DNA from: Lewinellaceae bacterium
GTDB taxonomy: Bacteria; Bacteroidota; Bacteroidia; Chitinophagales; Saprospiraceae
DNA length: 64,000 bases
Reading direction: 5' to 3'
Assembly: GCA_020636375.1 (NCBI GenBank)
Contig: JACJXZ010000011.1
Span: 258,115-322,114, forward strand
Under the pieces are notes generated by a model. It saw only the letters and a list, made by a program, of their open reading frames with translations, did no database searches and was not told the origin of the DNA. This document shows positions 50,217-59,994 of this stretch, one piece after another. The stretch's first letter is position 1; every line of letters begins with the position of its first letter. The position numbers and the translations under genes were made by a program.

Positions 50217-51035
50217 ATGAACGAAGCGCAACGATACGAACGGATCGAATCTTACCTCTCCGGCCAGATGCCGCCGGAGGAGGCCGCCGCTTTCCGCCGG
50301 GAGATGGAAACTGATCCCGGCCTGGAGGCGGAGGTAGCGTTGCATCGGGGCATTGCCGAAGCAGTGATCGAAGAAGAAGATGTTCAGGACCTCGAAGGCA
50401 AGATCGGCGCCATCCTGGAAAAGGGTAGGGGAGAGGCCGCTGGCCTGGCCGCCCGGCGCCGTTTCCTTTCCCGCCCGCTGTTGCGGGTTGCCGCTTCGGC
50501 CGCCCTGCTGATCGTAGCTGCCCTGGCCGCTTATTTTTACCTCAGCCGGGCGGACGACAGCCCGGAAGCCCTCTTTGCCGAGTACGTCGTTTATCCCGAG
50601 TCCATATACGAAGAGTCAACAGTGCGCTCCACCGAAGGGCAAATTCAGGAGAGCGCAGCGCAGGCAGCCCGCCTCGATTCTCTGTGGAAGGCGGCGGATG
50701 CGCTGTACCGGCAGGGCAGGTACCAGGAAGCTCTGGGCGTACTCGACGAGACAGGCAGGCCGGAGAACGGCCCGCTTTCCGGAAACGCCTCCCGGCTGCA
50801 TTATTACCGGGGCATCCTGCAGGCTCGGGCGGGGCAATTCGCCGGGGCCGTTTCTTCCTTTGAGCAGGTCGCCGTCGAATACAATGAAGACGCAGACTGG
50901 AAACGGGCGCTGGCACTGCTGCGCCTGGAAGGGCGGCGGGAAGAGGCTGTGGCCCTGCTCCGCGGGATCAGCGACTCCGACACCCCGCAAAAGGATAGGG
51001 CGCGGGAGCTGCTGGAGCGGCTGGGGGAGGAATGA
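50217..51035 (+). CDS. Anti-sigma factor-like membrane protein with a C-terminal TPR-like domain.
   Basis: 'YERIESYLSGQMPPEEAAAFRREMETDPGLEAEVALH' is the Bacteroidetes anti-sigma N-terminal motif. There is one TM helix and a TPR-like C-terminus. Confidence 0.55.
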   Translation: MNEAQRYERIESYLSGQMPPEEAAAFRREMETDPGLEAEVALHRGIAEAVIEEEDVQDLEGKIGAILEKGRGEAAGLAARRRFLSRPLLRVAASAALLIVAALAAYFYLSRADDSPEALFAEYVVYPESIYEESTVRSTEGQIQESAAQAARLDSLWKAADALYRQGRYQEALGVLDETGRPENGPLSGNASRLHYYRGILQARAGQFAGAVSSFEQVAVEYNEDADWKRALALLRLEGRREEAVALLRGISDSDTPQKDRARELLERLGEE

Positions 51036-51117
51036 TAGTGTTACGGTTGTTGGCCGTCATATGCCTTGTTCGCAGCAGGCTCTTCTTTATATTTCCTTTT
51101 CGATCAAATCCTGTTCC

Positions 51118-51474
51118 GGTATGGCCTTCTCCTTCCTTAGCTGATAAAACAACTTTACATATGACCGGATTTTGCTTTTTTGCTCTTTAAAGCTTTCAGA
51201 GTAAAAAAAATATATGCAACAATCGTGTTTCAAAGAATCCAGGAAGTTTTCATAAAAACCTTCAAATATTTCTTCGTTTTCATCTCCCGCGACCTCTAGC
51301 CTTATCCAACTGACTTTCCCGGTTTTTGAAGGCTCGCCAAAAACACCATCTGATTCCAGGTAATCTAATGGTGCGTCTTGGCCCTTCTCGTAACTCCAAA
51401 AATAGTTTTCAATACGCTGAAAATATATAACCGTTTGTTTCGGCGGTCCAACTTATGATAGTCTCCCTCCGGAG
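51118..51474 (-). pseudogene. AT-rich gene remnant, about 118 codons open with no start codon.
   Basis: Minus-strand frame 'VGPPKQTVIYFQRIENYFWSYEKGQDAPLDYLESDGVFGEP...YVKLFYQLRKEKAIPEQDLIEKEI*'. GC is about 35 percent. Confidence 0.3.
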
Positions 51475-51534
51475 TGTCCGGTTTCACTGTCTCTTCAGGG
51501 TTTTGGGAAACGGGAATCTTGTAATCTCTTTTAA

Positions 51535-51720
51535 ACGCCCTAAGAGCTTGTTTGGAGGTAGTGCTTTGGTAGCGAAAAAGGCCGATTTTGGGTTCTCATG
51601 AAGGCATTTTTGAGCTTCATAGTGGCGCTATGGGGCGAAAAAATGGCGAAATGCGGTTCCAAAAGCGGACTTTTGCAGCCCAAATGACTACCTCCAAACA
51701 AGCTCTAAAGGCGCCCTTTC
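51535..51720. repeat. Long inverted repeat (about 25 bp arms, about 130 bp apart) in an AT-rich region.
   Basis: 'cctaagagcttgtttggaggtagt' pairs with 'actacctccaaacaagctctaaagg'. Confidence 0.5.
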
Positions 51721-51871
51721 TCGAATCAAAGTACTGCGATTTCCCGGATCGTTGTTTAGTTTTTGGCGATTTTTCAGGCATTCAGCGCTTGTTTTGATTG
51801 ACTAAGTTAACAATATCCTCGATATCTTTCAACAATATATCGAAACAATTTGTGTTTGCTTCTTTGGCTTG

Positions 51872-52860
51872 CCGCGAACTTTAAGCATTGTATCTGCCAA
51901 GACCGCATAGCGGTGCTGTCAGATACAATGCAGTTGAACAGCCTGTCCCGGCGCCATGCCGGGAAAGCCGCATGTATTTGCCGCCCTTATGGGCATTGTA
52001 TCGGCCTATCCAGGGGCTCTCTTCCGGCTCTTCAGCCGCCCGTTTTTCTCTGCCGGGCCCCCTGTAAGCCCCTCCGGCCAGCAACCGCAGCCTAAAATAG
52101 CCGTTTCTTCATTCTTTTTCAAGCCAATTGGCTGCATAGGGGCACAAAAATATTGCCTCAGGCCTGGCCGGCAGGTGCCTGAGCCGCAGCCAATTGGGTG
52201 TCCATCGGTTTGGCCATAAGGCAACAAGGCGGCGCCCGGCCGGTATCCAGATAACTGTTACCATGCGGCCCTTGCCGCACACCGGGCACACTTCCCAATC
52301 AATACCCGTGGCCTGCCGATAGCGCTCCCGCCAGGAAAGAACCGGAAGCTGAGTTGGCGGCGTCATCCCCAAAGCCCGCCGGCAAAGGGCTAAAGCCTGC
52401 CTTCGCAACCTGTTGGACAGGATGCCGTAATACCGGATCTTGCAAAATCTTGCCGGCAGGATGTGCTGCAAAAACCGCCGGATAAACTCCTCATGCTCCA
52501 TGCGCATCACCTTCTGCTTGTTGCCATCGGCATAATCCCGCCAGCGGAAGCAAACAGTATCCTTGTCCACGGACACAATACGGTGGTTGCCGACCTGCCT
52601 GCCAGGCCGCCAAGGCTTGCCTGGCGGGCAGGTGGCTACCCGGTGGGTATAGCGCCCAAGGTAGGCCAGCAATTGCTCCGGCCCGGCAAAGGGCAGCTTG
52701 GCATATACCACCCAATCTTCGGCCATAAGCGCATTGAGCAGTTTGCCAAAGGCCTGCTTGTTACGCAAATGGCCACACAAACCGTCCAGGCGAAGCCGGT
52801 CTGCTTTATAGTACCTGCGCAAAGCGCTGACAAACTTGCCCCTGAACATGGCCGACAAGG
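51872..52860 (-). mobile_element. IS91 family element, copy 1. The transposase is N-terminally truncated, and the element has a ~240 bp hairpin-containing terminal region.
   Basis: 51872-52108 is ~90 percent identical to 57413-57662, including the hairpin 'gcattgtatctg...cagatacaatgc'. ORF 52109-52860 has the IS91 Y2-transposase C-terminal motifs 'YLGRYTHRVA', 'CFRWRDYADGNKQKVM' and 'YYGILSN'. It also has an extra in-frame 42 bp palindromic insertion relative to copy 2. Confidence 0.65.
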
Positions 52861-52959
52861 CCTGTACCGGTACGAGGAACTCCGTAAGCGTCCGGTGAAG
52901 CCCATCTTGCATTAGCAAAAAAGCCTTCTGACCTTTAGGCTGGATCAAACCGAAAAAAG

Positions 52960-53342
52960 ATGAAGCAAAAGACATCGGAAGCGATGCGGCCGATAGTAGA
53001 GGCGTATGCCCACTACCCAGGCAGCAAGAAAGCTTTTTGCGCAGAGGAAAAAGAAGGCCCTTGCGTCGTTATTGCCGAGCAGCCTTCCCGGTTTATTGAC
53101 AAATGTATAGCCGATGAATCGCTGCTGCGAGTCATTATTGCCGATAAATACCTGGACCACCTGCCGCTGTACCGCATAGGGGCCCGTTTTGAGCGCCTGG
53201 GCATGGTTATCCCGCGCTCAACCATGTGTGGGTGGGTAGGGCAGTCAGCCGGCCGCCTAACCATTTTACACCAGAAGCTTATCGAACTGGTTTTAGCAGC
53301 GGCCTACCTGCAGGTAGACGGCCTGCCCCGTACACGCAGTGT
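52960..53342 (+). pseudogene. IS66 family transposase fragment (N-terminal part).
   Basis: 'IIADKYLDHLPLYRIGARFERLGMVIPRSTMCGWVG' matches the IS66 'DHLPLYRQ' region. Confidence 0.6.
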
Positions 53343-55387
53343 CAGGGAATTTTCAGGCATAATTTATTATAGTTTCACTTAAAAACGAAATCTACTTTGA
53401 AATTGCATAACCAAGGGACTCTGGGGTCGATGCCGCTGCGGGCTAAGCGTTGAGGCAAACGGGTATAATGCTGGTGGAGCCCCAATTTTTCAGGCACGCC
53501 ATAAAAAGTAATGACAATGGTGTCGTCCTTGACTTTGAGGCTGCCATCGAAATCCAGGAAGACGCTTTTGGCCAAGTGTTGAGCCGTCCATTGGCTGAAA
53601 GGCTGAGGCAGCAATTGCTTGAGCTCGAAACAGGCGGCTTGGGCTAACAGGGCAGCCGTTTGTTTAGCCAGGCGGACATTGAGGTTCATAGTAGCGGCGC
53701 GGTTCCATCCATGTGGTACCTTTCTTCAAAATTAAAGAAGTCCTCAATAGCCCAGCGTTTGGGGTAGTGTTGGCTGACTTGCAAGAAAGCCTCTTGGCTG
53801 GAAGTGGAAACAAAAGGTTTATAGGAAAACTTGGTCAACCCGGTTCTTTGAACGATAAGCTGAAAGGTTTGCTCATGGCCCTTGAATTGAAAAGGGGCGC
53901 TGGCCAGGGCATAGCCAGGCCAATGTTGTTTGAACTCCATGGCCGGGTAAAGCTGTCGGACGTGCTTGGCGTTAGGGGCAGGCACTATAATGTCGAAGCT
54001 GGGGTGCTCCAGGATAGTGCTTAGCAACTCTACGGTATAATGTTCCGTATCGGCCAAGAGCAAAGCCGAAGGCAGGCCAATTTGCTCTAAAAAAGAAAGC
54101 AGCTGAGTGCTTGCCCTGGTACAGGAACGCCCCGGCGAAGCAATGCCGAAGCCAAAAGGCTGCCCGGACAAGGCATCGTTGCAAAAGAAGGTTTGCATCA
54201 TTTTAGCGGCTTTTTCCCTGGGCATTTTCTTCTTGCGCGGCATGATGCGGCCAGACTGGGTGACGATGCGGTGGGGGTCCAGGGCCAGGATGTTTGCTTC
54301 GTTGTAATGGCCTAATTGTTTCCTGCGCTGGGCCAGGGCCAATTGCAAAGCCTGGGATTGTTCGATGTTTTGGCCATAGGACAGCTCATGGATTTGCTTG
54401 TCGGTTGGCAGGAAAGAAAGCCCGTTGGCGAGGGCAAAGCCTTGGTTGCACAGGGTATTCTTGGCTCTGATGCGGTTGGTGCAAATAGCCGCTTCATGAA
54501 CCATCTGCAAGGCCATGCGGCAAGCCAGGCTATCTCCTGTCCCCAAGTATTGCTGCAGCATGGGCCAGGCGCCTAGCTTTAAATGGAAGGGAAGCAGGAG
54601 CATCAAGCCCAGGTGAGTGCCGGAAACGCGCTGGGCCAACTGCTGGCGCAAACGCCGCTCGTTAGACGAGGGGCTTATTTTTAGCCTGGCTTTGCGGCGC
54701 TTGCTTACCTGTTGCTCCACTACTGTTTGGCCTGGTTGAGGCGGCGGGTGCTTAAACAATTTTTTTTTCCAGCCCGTATTCGGCTAAAATGCGCCGTACG
54801 CTGCTGCGGCTGATTTTATGGCCCTCTTGGCGAAGCTTTTGAGCGATCGCCTCAGTGCTTTGGGCCGGATCTAAAAACTTGTAGCGGATGACAAGGTTCT
54901 TCACTGGCTCGGTGCGCACTGGCTTCGTTTTAGGGCCAGGTTTTTTGTTAACCAAAGCCTGGGAGCCTTCGGCCTTAAAGGCCTTGAGCAATTGGTGGTA
55001 GCGCTGCTCGGAATAGCCGTATCTTTGTGCGGCTTCCTTCGTACTTGCCAGGCGCCTTCGGCGAGCATGAGCAATTTTTGCCCGCTAAGTCGTCTTCGCG
55101 AAGGTTTAAAGTTTTAGCAAAGGGAGCTGTCAGGCAAATGGGAGGCAGGAGCATAAGCAATAGGGTTGGAAAACTAATCGAATATGAACATATATAAAAT
55201 ATACATACTTAAACGCCAAACACCAAAATTGGCTAACTATTTGGCAATGAGGATTTGATGAAAAACAGCAATAATGTGAACGAAACACATATGTTCAAAA
55301 TAAATTATTGTGCCGCTGTGCCGTAAATTTACGGATAATGGATGTAATTTGAAAAGGCTAAAACAAATTATGCCTGAAAATTCCCTG
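53343..55387 (-). mobile_element. IS4/IS5-superfamily insertion sequence with perfect 21 bp terminal IRs. Its transposase is frameshifted across ORFs 54752-54991, 53686-54759 and 53375-53689. The IS splits the IS66 gene.
   Basis: The IR 'CAGGGAATTTTCAGGCATAAT' is inverted at both ends. The tnp has an N-terminal HTH fragment and a C-terminal 'YPKRWAIEDFFNFE' (DDE_Tnp_1 E-motif). Each end abuts a copy of the ~22 bp 'cccgtacacgMagtgtcRggg' palindrome. Confidence 0.6.
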
Positions 55388-55397
55388 TACACGAAGT

Positions 55398-55580
55398 GTC
55401 GGGAAAGGGGCGCAAACCGCCGCCATCTTTTACAGCTTCTTCGCCTGCTGCAAACTCAACGGCGTCGATCCCGTCGAATGGCTGGAGGACGTCATGGCCC
55501 GGTTGCCGGATCACCCGGTCAACCGAATTGAGGAACTTCTGCCGCATCTTTGGAAAAAAGCTGAGGATTGCAAGATGTAG
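55398..55580 (+). pseudogene. IS66 family transposase fragment (C-terminal tail).
   Basis: 'AAIFYSFFACCKLNGVDPVEWLEDVMARLPDHP' matches the conserved IS66 C-terminus. Confidence 0.55.
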
Positions 55581-55946
55581 TTCACCGGACGCTTACAATT
55601 CTCCAAACTATGGAGCCCATCAGGCCCGAAAAAAATAAAGAACGGCGACGACGTTTAATGCGCGGCGCCGAACGGCATATCTATGAAGCAAATTACCGCC
55701 GCGCATTATAGCGATTTCAACACGCCCCGAAAACCGGATTTAAACTCACGATTACAGGAGCTTTTTTCGGTGGCCTTGATCATTGGTTGCCCGGTAAAGT
55801 ATTGCCAGGTTTCTATCATTTTTGACATTTTCCGTCCGATTCTTTTATCAGGTAATTATTGTAAAGCAATTTTGAGGCCGCCTTTTATTTTTTGGCGCGG
55901 CCAACCTGCTTAACTTAATGGTGTTGACGCATTGTTAGCGGCAAAT

Positions 55947-57347
55947 TTAGCTAGTAACATCTAACCTCTTCTCTAAAATTTTCTCCCTTTGCCAATCAAT
56001 AATTGTTTTTTCCAAGGACTCCGTTATTTGTGTGAACGGTCTATCTTTATTTTCCCAATCAGTCGAGGTTACTGGTTTTCCATCTTTAGGCAATGCCTGT
56101 AAATAACTGAAATGTGTTTTTTGCCAAAGACATTCCCTAATAATTATTGGAATCACTTTCACTTTTTCATCATCATGAAGTTTTAATGCTGTCTTCATTT
56201 CAGTCTCATAACAATATTCTGATGCTATGAAATCTGTACTTATTAGCAACAAGATAATGTCTGCTTTTTTTAGAGCATTTTTTATTTGTTCATCCCAATT
56301 TTTTCCAGCTTCTATCAAACCATCGTACCAAATATTGTTTATAAGTTTGGCAATTTGAAGAACTTTTAAGTTTTTAATCAAAGTAATACAAATATCTTCA
56401 TCATTTCGAGAATAAGCAATAAAGAAATTTAAAGGTTCTCTCAATGAATTTACATAGTTTTCAATTTTCTCTTGGAGTGAAAATGCATCCTTGTGATTTC
56501 TTTCCTTCAAAATTAAACTGACTATATCTAAAGCCAGCTTTAAATTGCCTTTAGAGAATTCCCTTTTAGCTTGTTCTAGTTTTTCAATTATGTTACATTC
56601 TTCAATACAAATATCAATTTTCTGTTGAATAAACTCTCTATGAGCTTCTGAAGTTTTGCTTAAATTTTCCTTAGCTTTTTCAAAGTTACTCAAGGAAATT
56701 TCCCAAAGTTTTTCACTATAAGCTCTCATTCCTTGGCTCAAATATTTGTTGAATTGCACAAATTTATCTCTTTCATCAAGATGTTTTTGTAATTGTTTTT
56801 CAATACTAGCATCCTTTTTTATTTCGCTCGCTTTTATAAGGCATTCTATTGCTTCATTTAAAAAACCTCTCTTATAAGAATCCTTTGCAATTTCTTTAAA
56901 TTCAACAAGCTGAGCCTCTATATCGTATTCAAGTGAAACAATTAAATCTCCAGTTTCATCAGTTTCGAATTCATAATTACCTAATCCTTCTTTGACTATT
57001 TCTTCTCCTATCTCAGAACCAAAAGGAATTCTAATCACATATGGACGATTTTCATAGTAAAAACCCCTTCCATCGCAAGGATAGCAGAATAGATTAATCT
57101 TCTTCACCCCCTTACATCGAGAACATTTCTCAAGACTACGCCTTTCCCCAAAAAGAATATTTTTTCGAGTTTTGTATATTGTTCCTTGACCATAACACTC
57201 CGGACAAGAAATAACCCTTTTTCCATTTCCTTGGCATTCTTTGCACTTAATTACCCTTGATAATTCAACTCTTATTTCAAATCCTCGATAGGCATTTTTT
57301 TCAGTCGTATTAATCGTTAGATAATTATTCTTTTTTTGAATACTCAT
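55947..57347 (-). CDS. TIR-domain protein with an N-terminal DnaJ-type (CxxCxGxG)x4 zinc finger and a central helical region. Candidate standalone anti-phage/NADase effector in an AT-rich island.
   Basis: 466 aa. N-terminal 'CKECQGNG..CPECYGQG...CSRCKGVK...CYPCDGRG'. C-terminal TIR features 'NFFIAYSRNDEDI...IWYDGLIEAGKNWDEQI...ADIILLLISTDFIASEYCYETE...KVIPIIIREC'. Gene GC is about 33 percent against about 60 percent for the window. It sits directly between IS66/IS91 remnants. Confidence 0.7.
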   Translation of the reverse strand: MSIQKKNNYLTINTTEKNAYRGFEIRVELSRVIKCKECQGNGKRVISCPECYGQGTIYKTRKNILFGERRSLEKCSRCKGVKKINLFCYPCDGRGFYYENRPYVIRIPFGSEIGEEIVKEGLGNYEFETDETGDLIVSLEYDIEAQLVEFKEIAKDSYKRGFLNEAIECLIKASEIKKDASIEKQLQKHLDERDKFVQFNKYLSQGMRAYSEKLWEISLSNFEKAKENLSKTSEAHREFIQQKIDICIEECNIIEKLEQAKREFSKGNLKLALDIVSLILKERNHKDAFSLQEKIENYVNSLREPLNFFIAYSRNDEDICITLIKNLKVLQIAKLINNIWYDGLIEAGKNWDEQIKNALKKADIILLLISTDFIASEYCYETEMKTALKLHDDEKVKVIPIIIRECLWQKTHFSYLQALPKDGKPVTSTDWENKDRPFTQITESLEKTIIDWQREKILEKRLDVTS

Positions 57348-57412
57348 ATATCTGAATGGCTATCAATTTTAGAATTCATTGTTTTAATAACATACCGAAT
57401 TAGAGATAATAT

Positions 57413-58957
57413 TGCCGCTAACTTTAAGCATTGTATCTGCCGGGACCGCGCAGCGGTGCTGTCAGATACAATGCAGTTGGACGGAACCGCCAAACGCAGC
57501 TGCCTCTATGGGCATTGTATCGGCCTATCCAGGGGCTCTCTTACGGCTCTTTAGCCATCCGTTTTTCTCTGCCGGCCCCCTGTAAGCCCCTCCGGCCGGC
57601 AACCGCAGCCTAAAATAGCCGTTTCTTCCTTCTTTTTCAAGCCAAACATCCGCTTCAAGGCATAAAAATACAGCCTCAGGGCTGAACTGTAGCTGCCTGA
57701 GCCGCAGGCAATGGGGTGGACAACCCTTTAGCCATGAGGCAACAAGGCGGCCCCCGGCCAGCCGGTATCCAGAGAACCGTCAACATGCGGCCCTTGCCGC
57801 ACACCGGGCACACTTCCCAATCAATGCCGGCGGCCTGCCGGTAGCGCTCCCGCCAGGACAGAACCGGAAGCTGGGGCGGCGGTTTTACCCCTAAAGCTTG
57901 CCGGCAAAGTGTCAATGCCCGGCGGCGCAGCCGGTTGGATAAAATACCGTAGTAGCGGATCTTGCAGAACCGGGTGCCGGCAGTACATGCTGTAAAACCG
58001 CCGGATAAACTCCTCATGCTCCAGGCACATCACTTTCTGCTTATTGCCATCGGCGTAATCCCGCCAGCGGAAGCAAACCGTATCCTTGTCCATGGACACA
58101 ATGCGGTGGTTGCTTACCGCCACCCGGTGGGTATAGCGCCCAAGGTAGGTCAGCAATTGCTCCGGCCCGGCAAAGGGCGGCTTGGCATAGGCTACCCATT
58201 CTTGAGCCATCAGCTTGTTTAATAAGCCGTCAAAAGCCTGCTTGCTGCGCAAACGGCCGCACAGCCCTGCCAGGCGAAGCCGGCCAGCTCGGTAGTGCCG
58301 GCGCAAAGCGCTGACAAACTTTCCCTTGAACAGGGCCGACAGAGCCTGCACCGGCACAAAGAACTCCTCGCGGGCTGATACCCATTTGCCGCCCCTCAAG
58401 CCTCCACCAGGAACTATGCAGTGGAGGTGAGGGTGGTAATGCAGGTTCTGACCCCAACTATGCAAGATGGCTGCCATGCCCGGCCGGGCGCCCAGGTAAT
58501 GCCTGTCGGCACACAGCTTCGACAAGGCCGCCCACGCTTCTTGGAATAAGGTTCCATACAACAGCCGTTCATTGTAGCGCACTAAATCGTGAACCTCTGC
58601 CGGAAGCGTAAAAACGATAACCTGTCCCGTACACAAAGTGTCGGGATGAAAATATCCCACTGGCAAAAGCTCTGCTTGCCGCGCTTCCAGCCAGGCTTCC
58701 CGAGCCAGGCTCTGGCATTTAGGACAATGGCGGTTGCGGCAGCTATTATAACTGATGCGAATGTGCCCGCATTCATCGCATGCGTCGATAACTTGTCCCG
58801 TACACGCAGTGTCGGGATGGCCGCCCAATGCCGCCGTACGGCATTGCTCTATAGCTCGCATGGCCTTATGCTGGGCTTTGCTCAGCTTATGCTTTGAACG
58901 GTAAGCTGTGCCGCCGGCTCGAAAAACATCGGCTACCTCATATTTAGGCCGGGCCAT
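57413..58957 (-). mobile_element. IS91 family element, copy 2: a terminal hairpin region plus a Y2/HUH transposase gene. The gene is frameshifted near 57960-58017 and carries two in-frame 30-33 bp palindrome insertions.
   Basis: 'HPHLHCIVPGGGL', 'CRNRHCPKCQ', 'YLGRYTHRVA'. The C-terminus continues in ORF 57676-58017 in another frame. The insertions at 58618-58647 and 58790-58819 split 'GGH|..|DACDECGH' and the HUH motif 'YFH|..|VFTLP'. Confidence 0.7.
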
Positions 58958-58974
58958 GAATGGGTCACCAACGG

Positions 58975-59240
58975 GCCAGCAAATCCGGCAGCCCTTTCAT
59001 CCGGCTGTTTTGCACATGCACATAACGCGCAGTGGTGCTCACGTTGGAATGGCCCAGCAGGGCCTTCACCGTCAGCGTATCCACCCCGTTTTCCAATAAG
59101 TGCGTGGCAAAACTATGGCGCAGCACATGCACCCCTGCCTGCTTGCGAAGGCCAATGCGCTGGCATGCCTGCTTAAATACGGCTTGTACCGTGCGGATGC
59201 TGATATGCCGCCCGGGACATCTTGCCCGGCCGGACGACAG
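58975..59240 (-). pseudogene. Tyrosine recombinase (phage-integrase family) C-terminal fragment immediately upstream of the IS91 transposase gene.
   Basis: Minus-strand frame '...VLRHSFATHLLENGVDTLTVKALLGHSNVSTTARYVHV...' has the canonical R..H..Y catalytic tail. Confidence 0.6.
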
Positions 59241-59994
59241 TTTCGAGCAGGCCCTGCTCCATCACCAGCTTGCCCAGCCGTTTGAGGTTGTAGGACAGCA
59301 CTCCCAAAGCGACATATTTCTTGAACCCGTCCAGGCCTTTATCCGGCACCCGGTTGGCGCCGCTATGCTCCAATTCATTGATATTTGATTCTACAGCGCT
59401 GTGTTTTTTGCGCAATGCCACGAACGTTTTGGCGCTTTCTTCAGCTTCCTGTTGCGGCGTTTTTTTCCCTTTTTTGGGCATCACTACGTGCTCAAAGTCC
59501 TCTTGCAAGGCCTTCTTGGCCAAAAAAAAAAAAAAACCTCTGTCAAAACTAATACTATTCAGCGCATAACCTTCGCTGAAGCGCTCCTTGACACGCTTGG
59601 CCAGCGCAATAGGCTGGGCTTTGTCTCCCTGCCCCACCAATACTTCATGGTCAACAATGAATTGAAATTGGTCCGTTGTTATCAGGGTATTGTGGCCCAG
59701 CTCCACTTTCTTATTATGTTTCCCTTTTTGTATCCACTCCACATGAGGCTCAAAAATAGAAAACACTTTTTCTTCATGAGGGATTATTTCTCCTTTAATA
59801 ATACGGCGCTCTACCAAACCGATATGCTTTTCCAGCATCTCATGGTAATAGGATAAAGCTTTTAATAATGCGCCAAGCTGAATATCTGCCAGCGCTAAGG
59901 GCAACAATTCCTTATAGCTTTGCTCTACGCGCTGGCTCAATTCCCGGCTGCGCTGCAAATATTTTTCAGCCGCTTTTTTCAACCGCTCCTTATA
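59173..59994 (-). pseudogene. C-terminal half of an IS1182/IS5-like DDE transposase gene that is interrupted by the IS4-like element at 59995-61635.
   Basis: '...SAVESNINELEHSGANRVPDKGLDGFKKYVALGVLSYNLKRLGKL'. Reading through the 8 bp TSD joins it in frame to ORF 61623-62408 ('...KGKGYKERLKKAAEKYLQ'). Confidence 0.5.

Noticed and set aside
53326-55404. 22 bp near-identical sequences flanking the IS4-like element, considered as a 22 bp target-site duplication.
   Set aside because: The inner 5 bp belong to the 21 bp IR. The outer parts are each self-palindromic copies of the 30 bp motif and are not an exact direct duplication. They are better described as a palindrome associated with each end than as a TSD.
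55683-55913. Small ORF downstream of the TIR gene, considered as a possible partner (Thoeris-like second component).
   Set aside because: It is 76 aa with no motif, a composition typical of intergenic sequence, and no ribosome-binding context. It is not credible as a gene.
57676-58017. Separate ORF 57676..58017 called as an independent small protein.
   Set aside because: It is the out-of-frame C-terminus of the IS91 transposase ('CKIRYYGILSNRLRR'). A frameshift in the element explains it.
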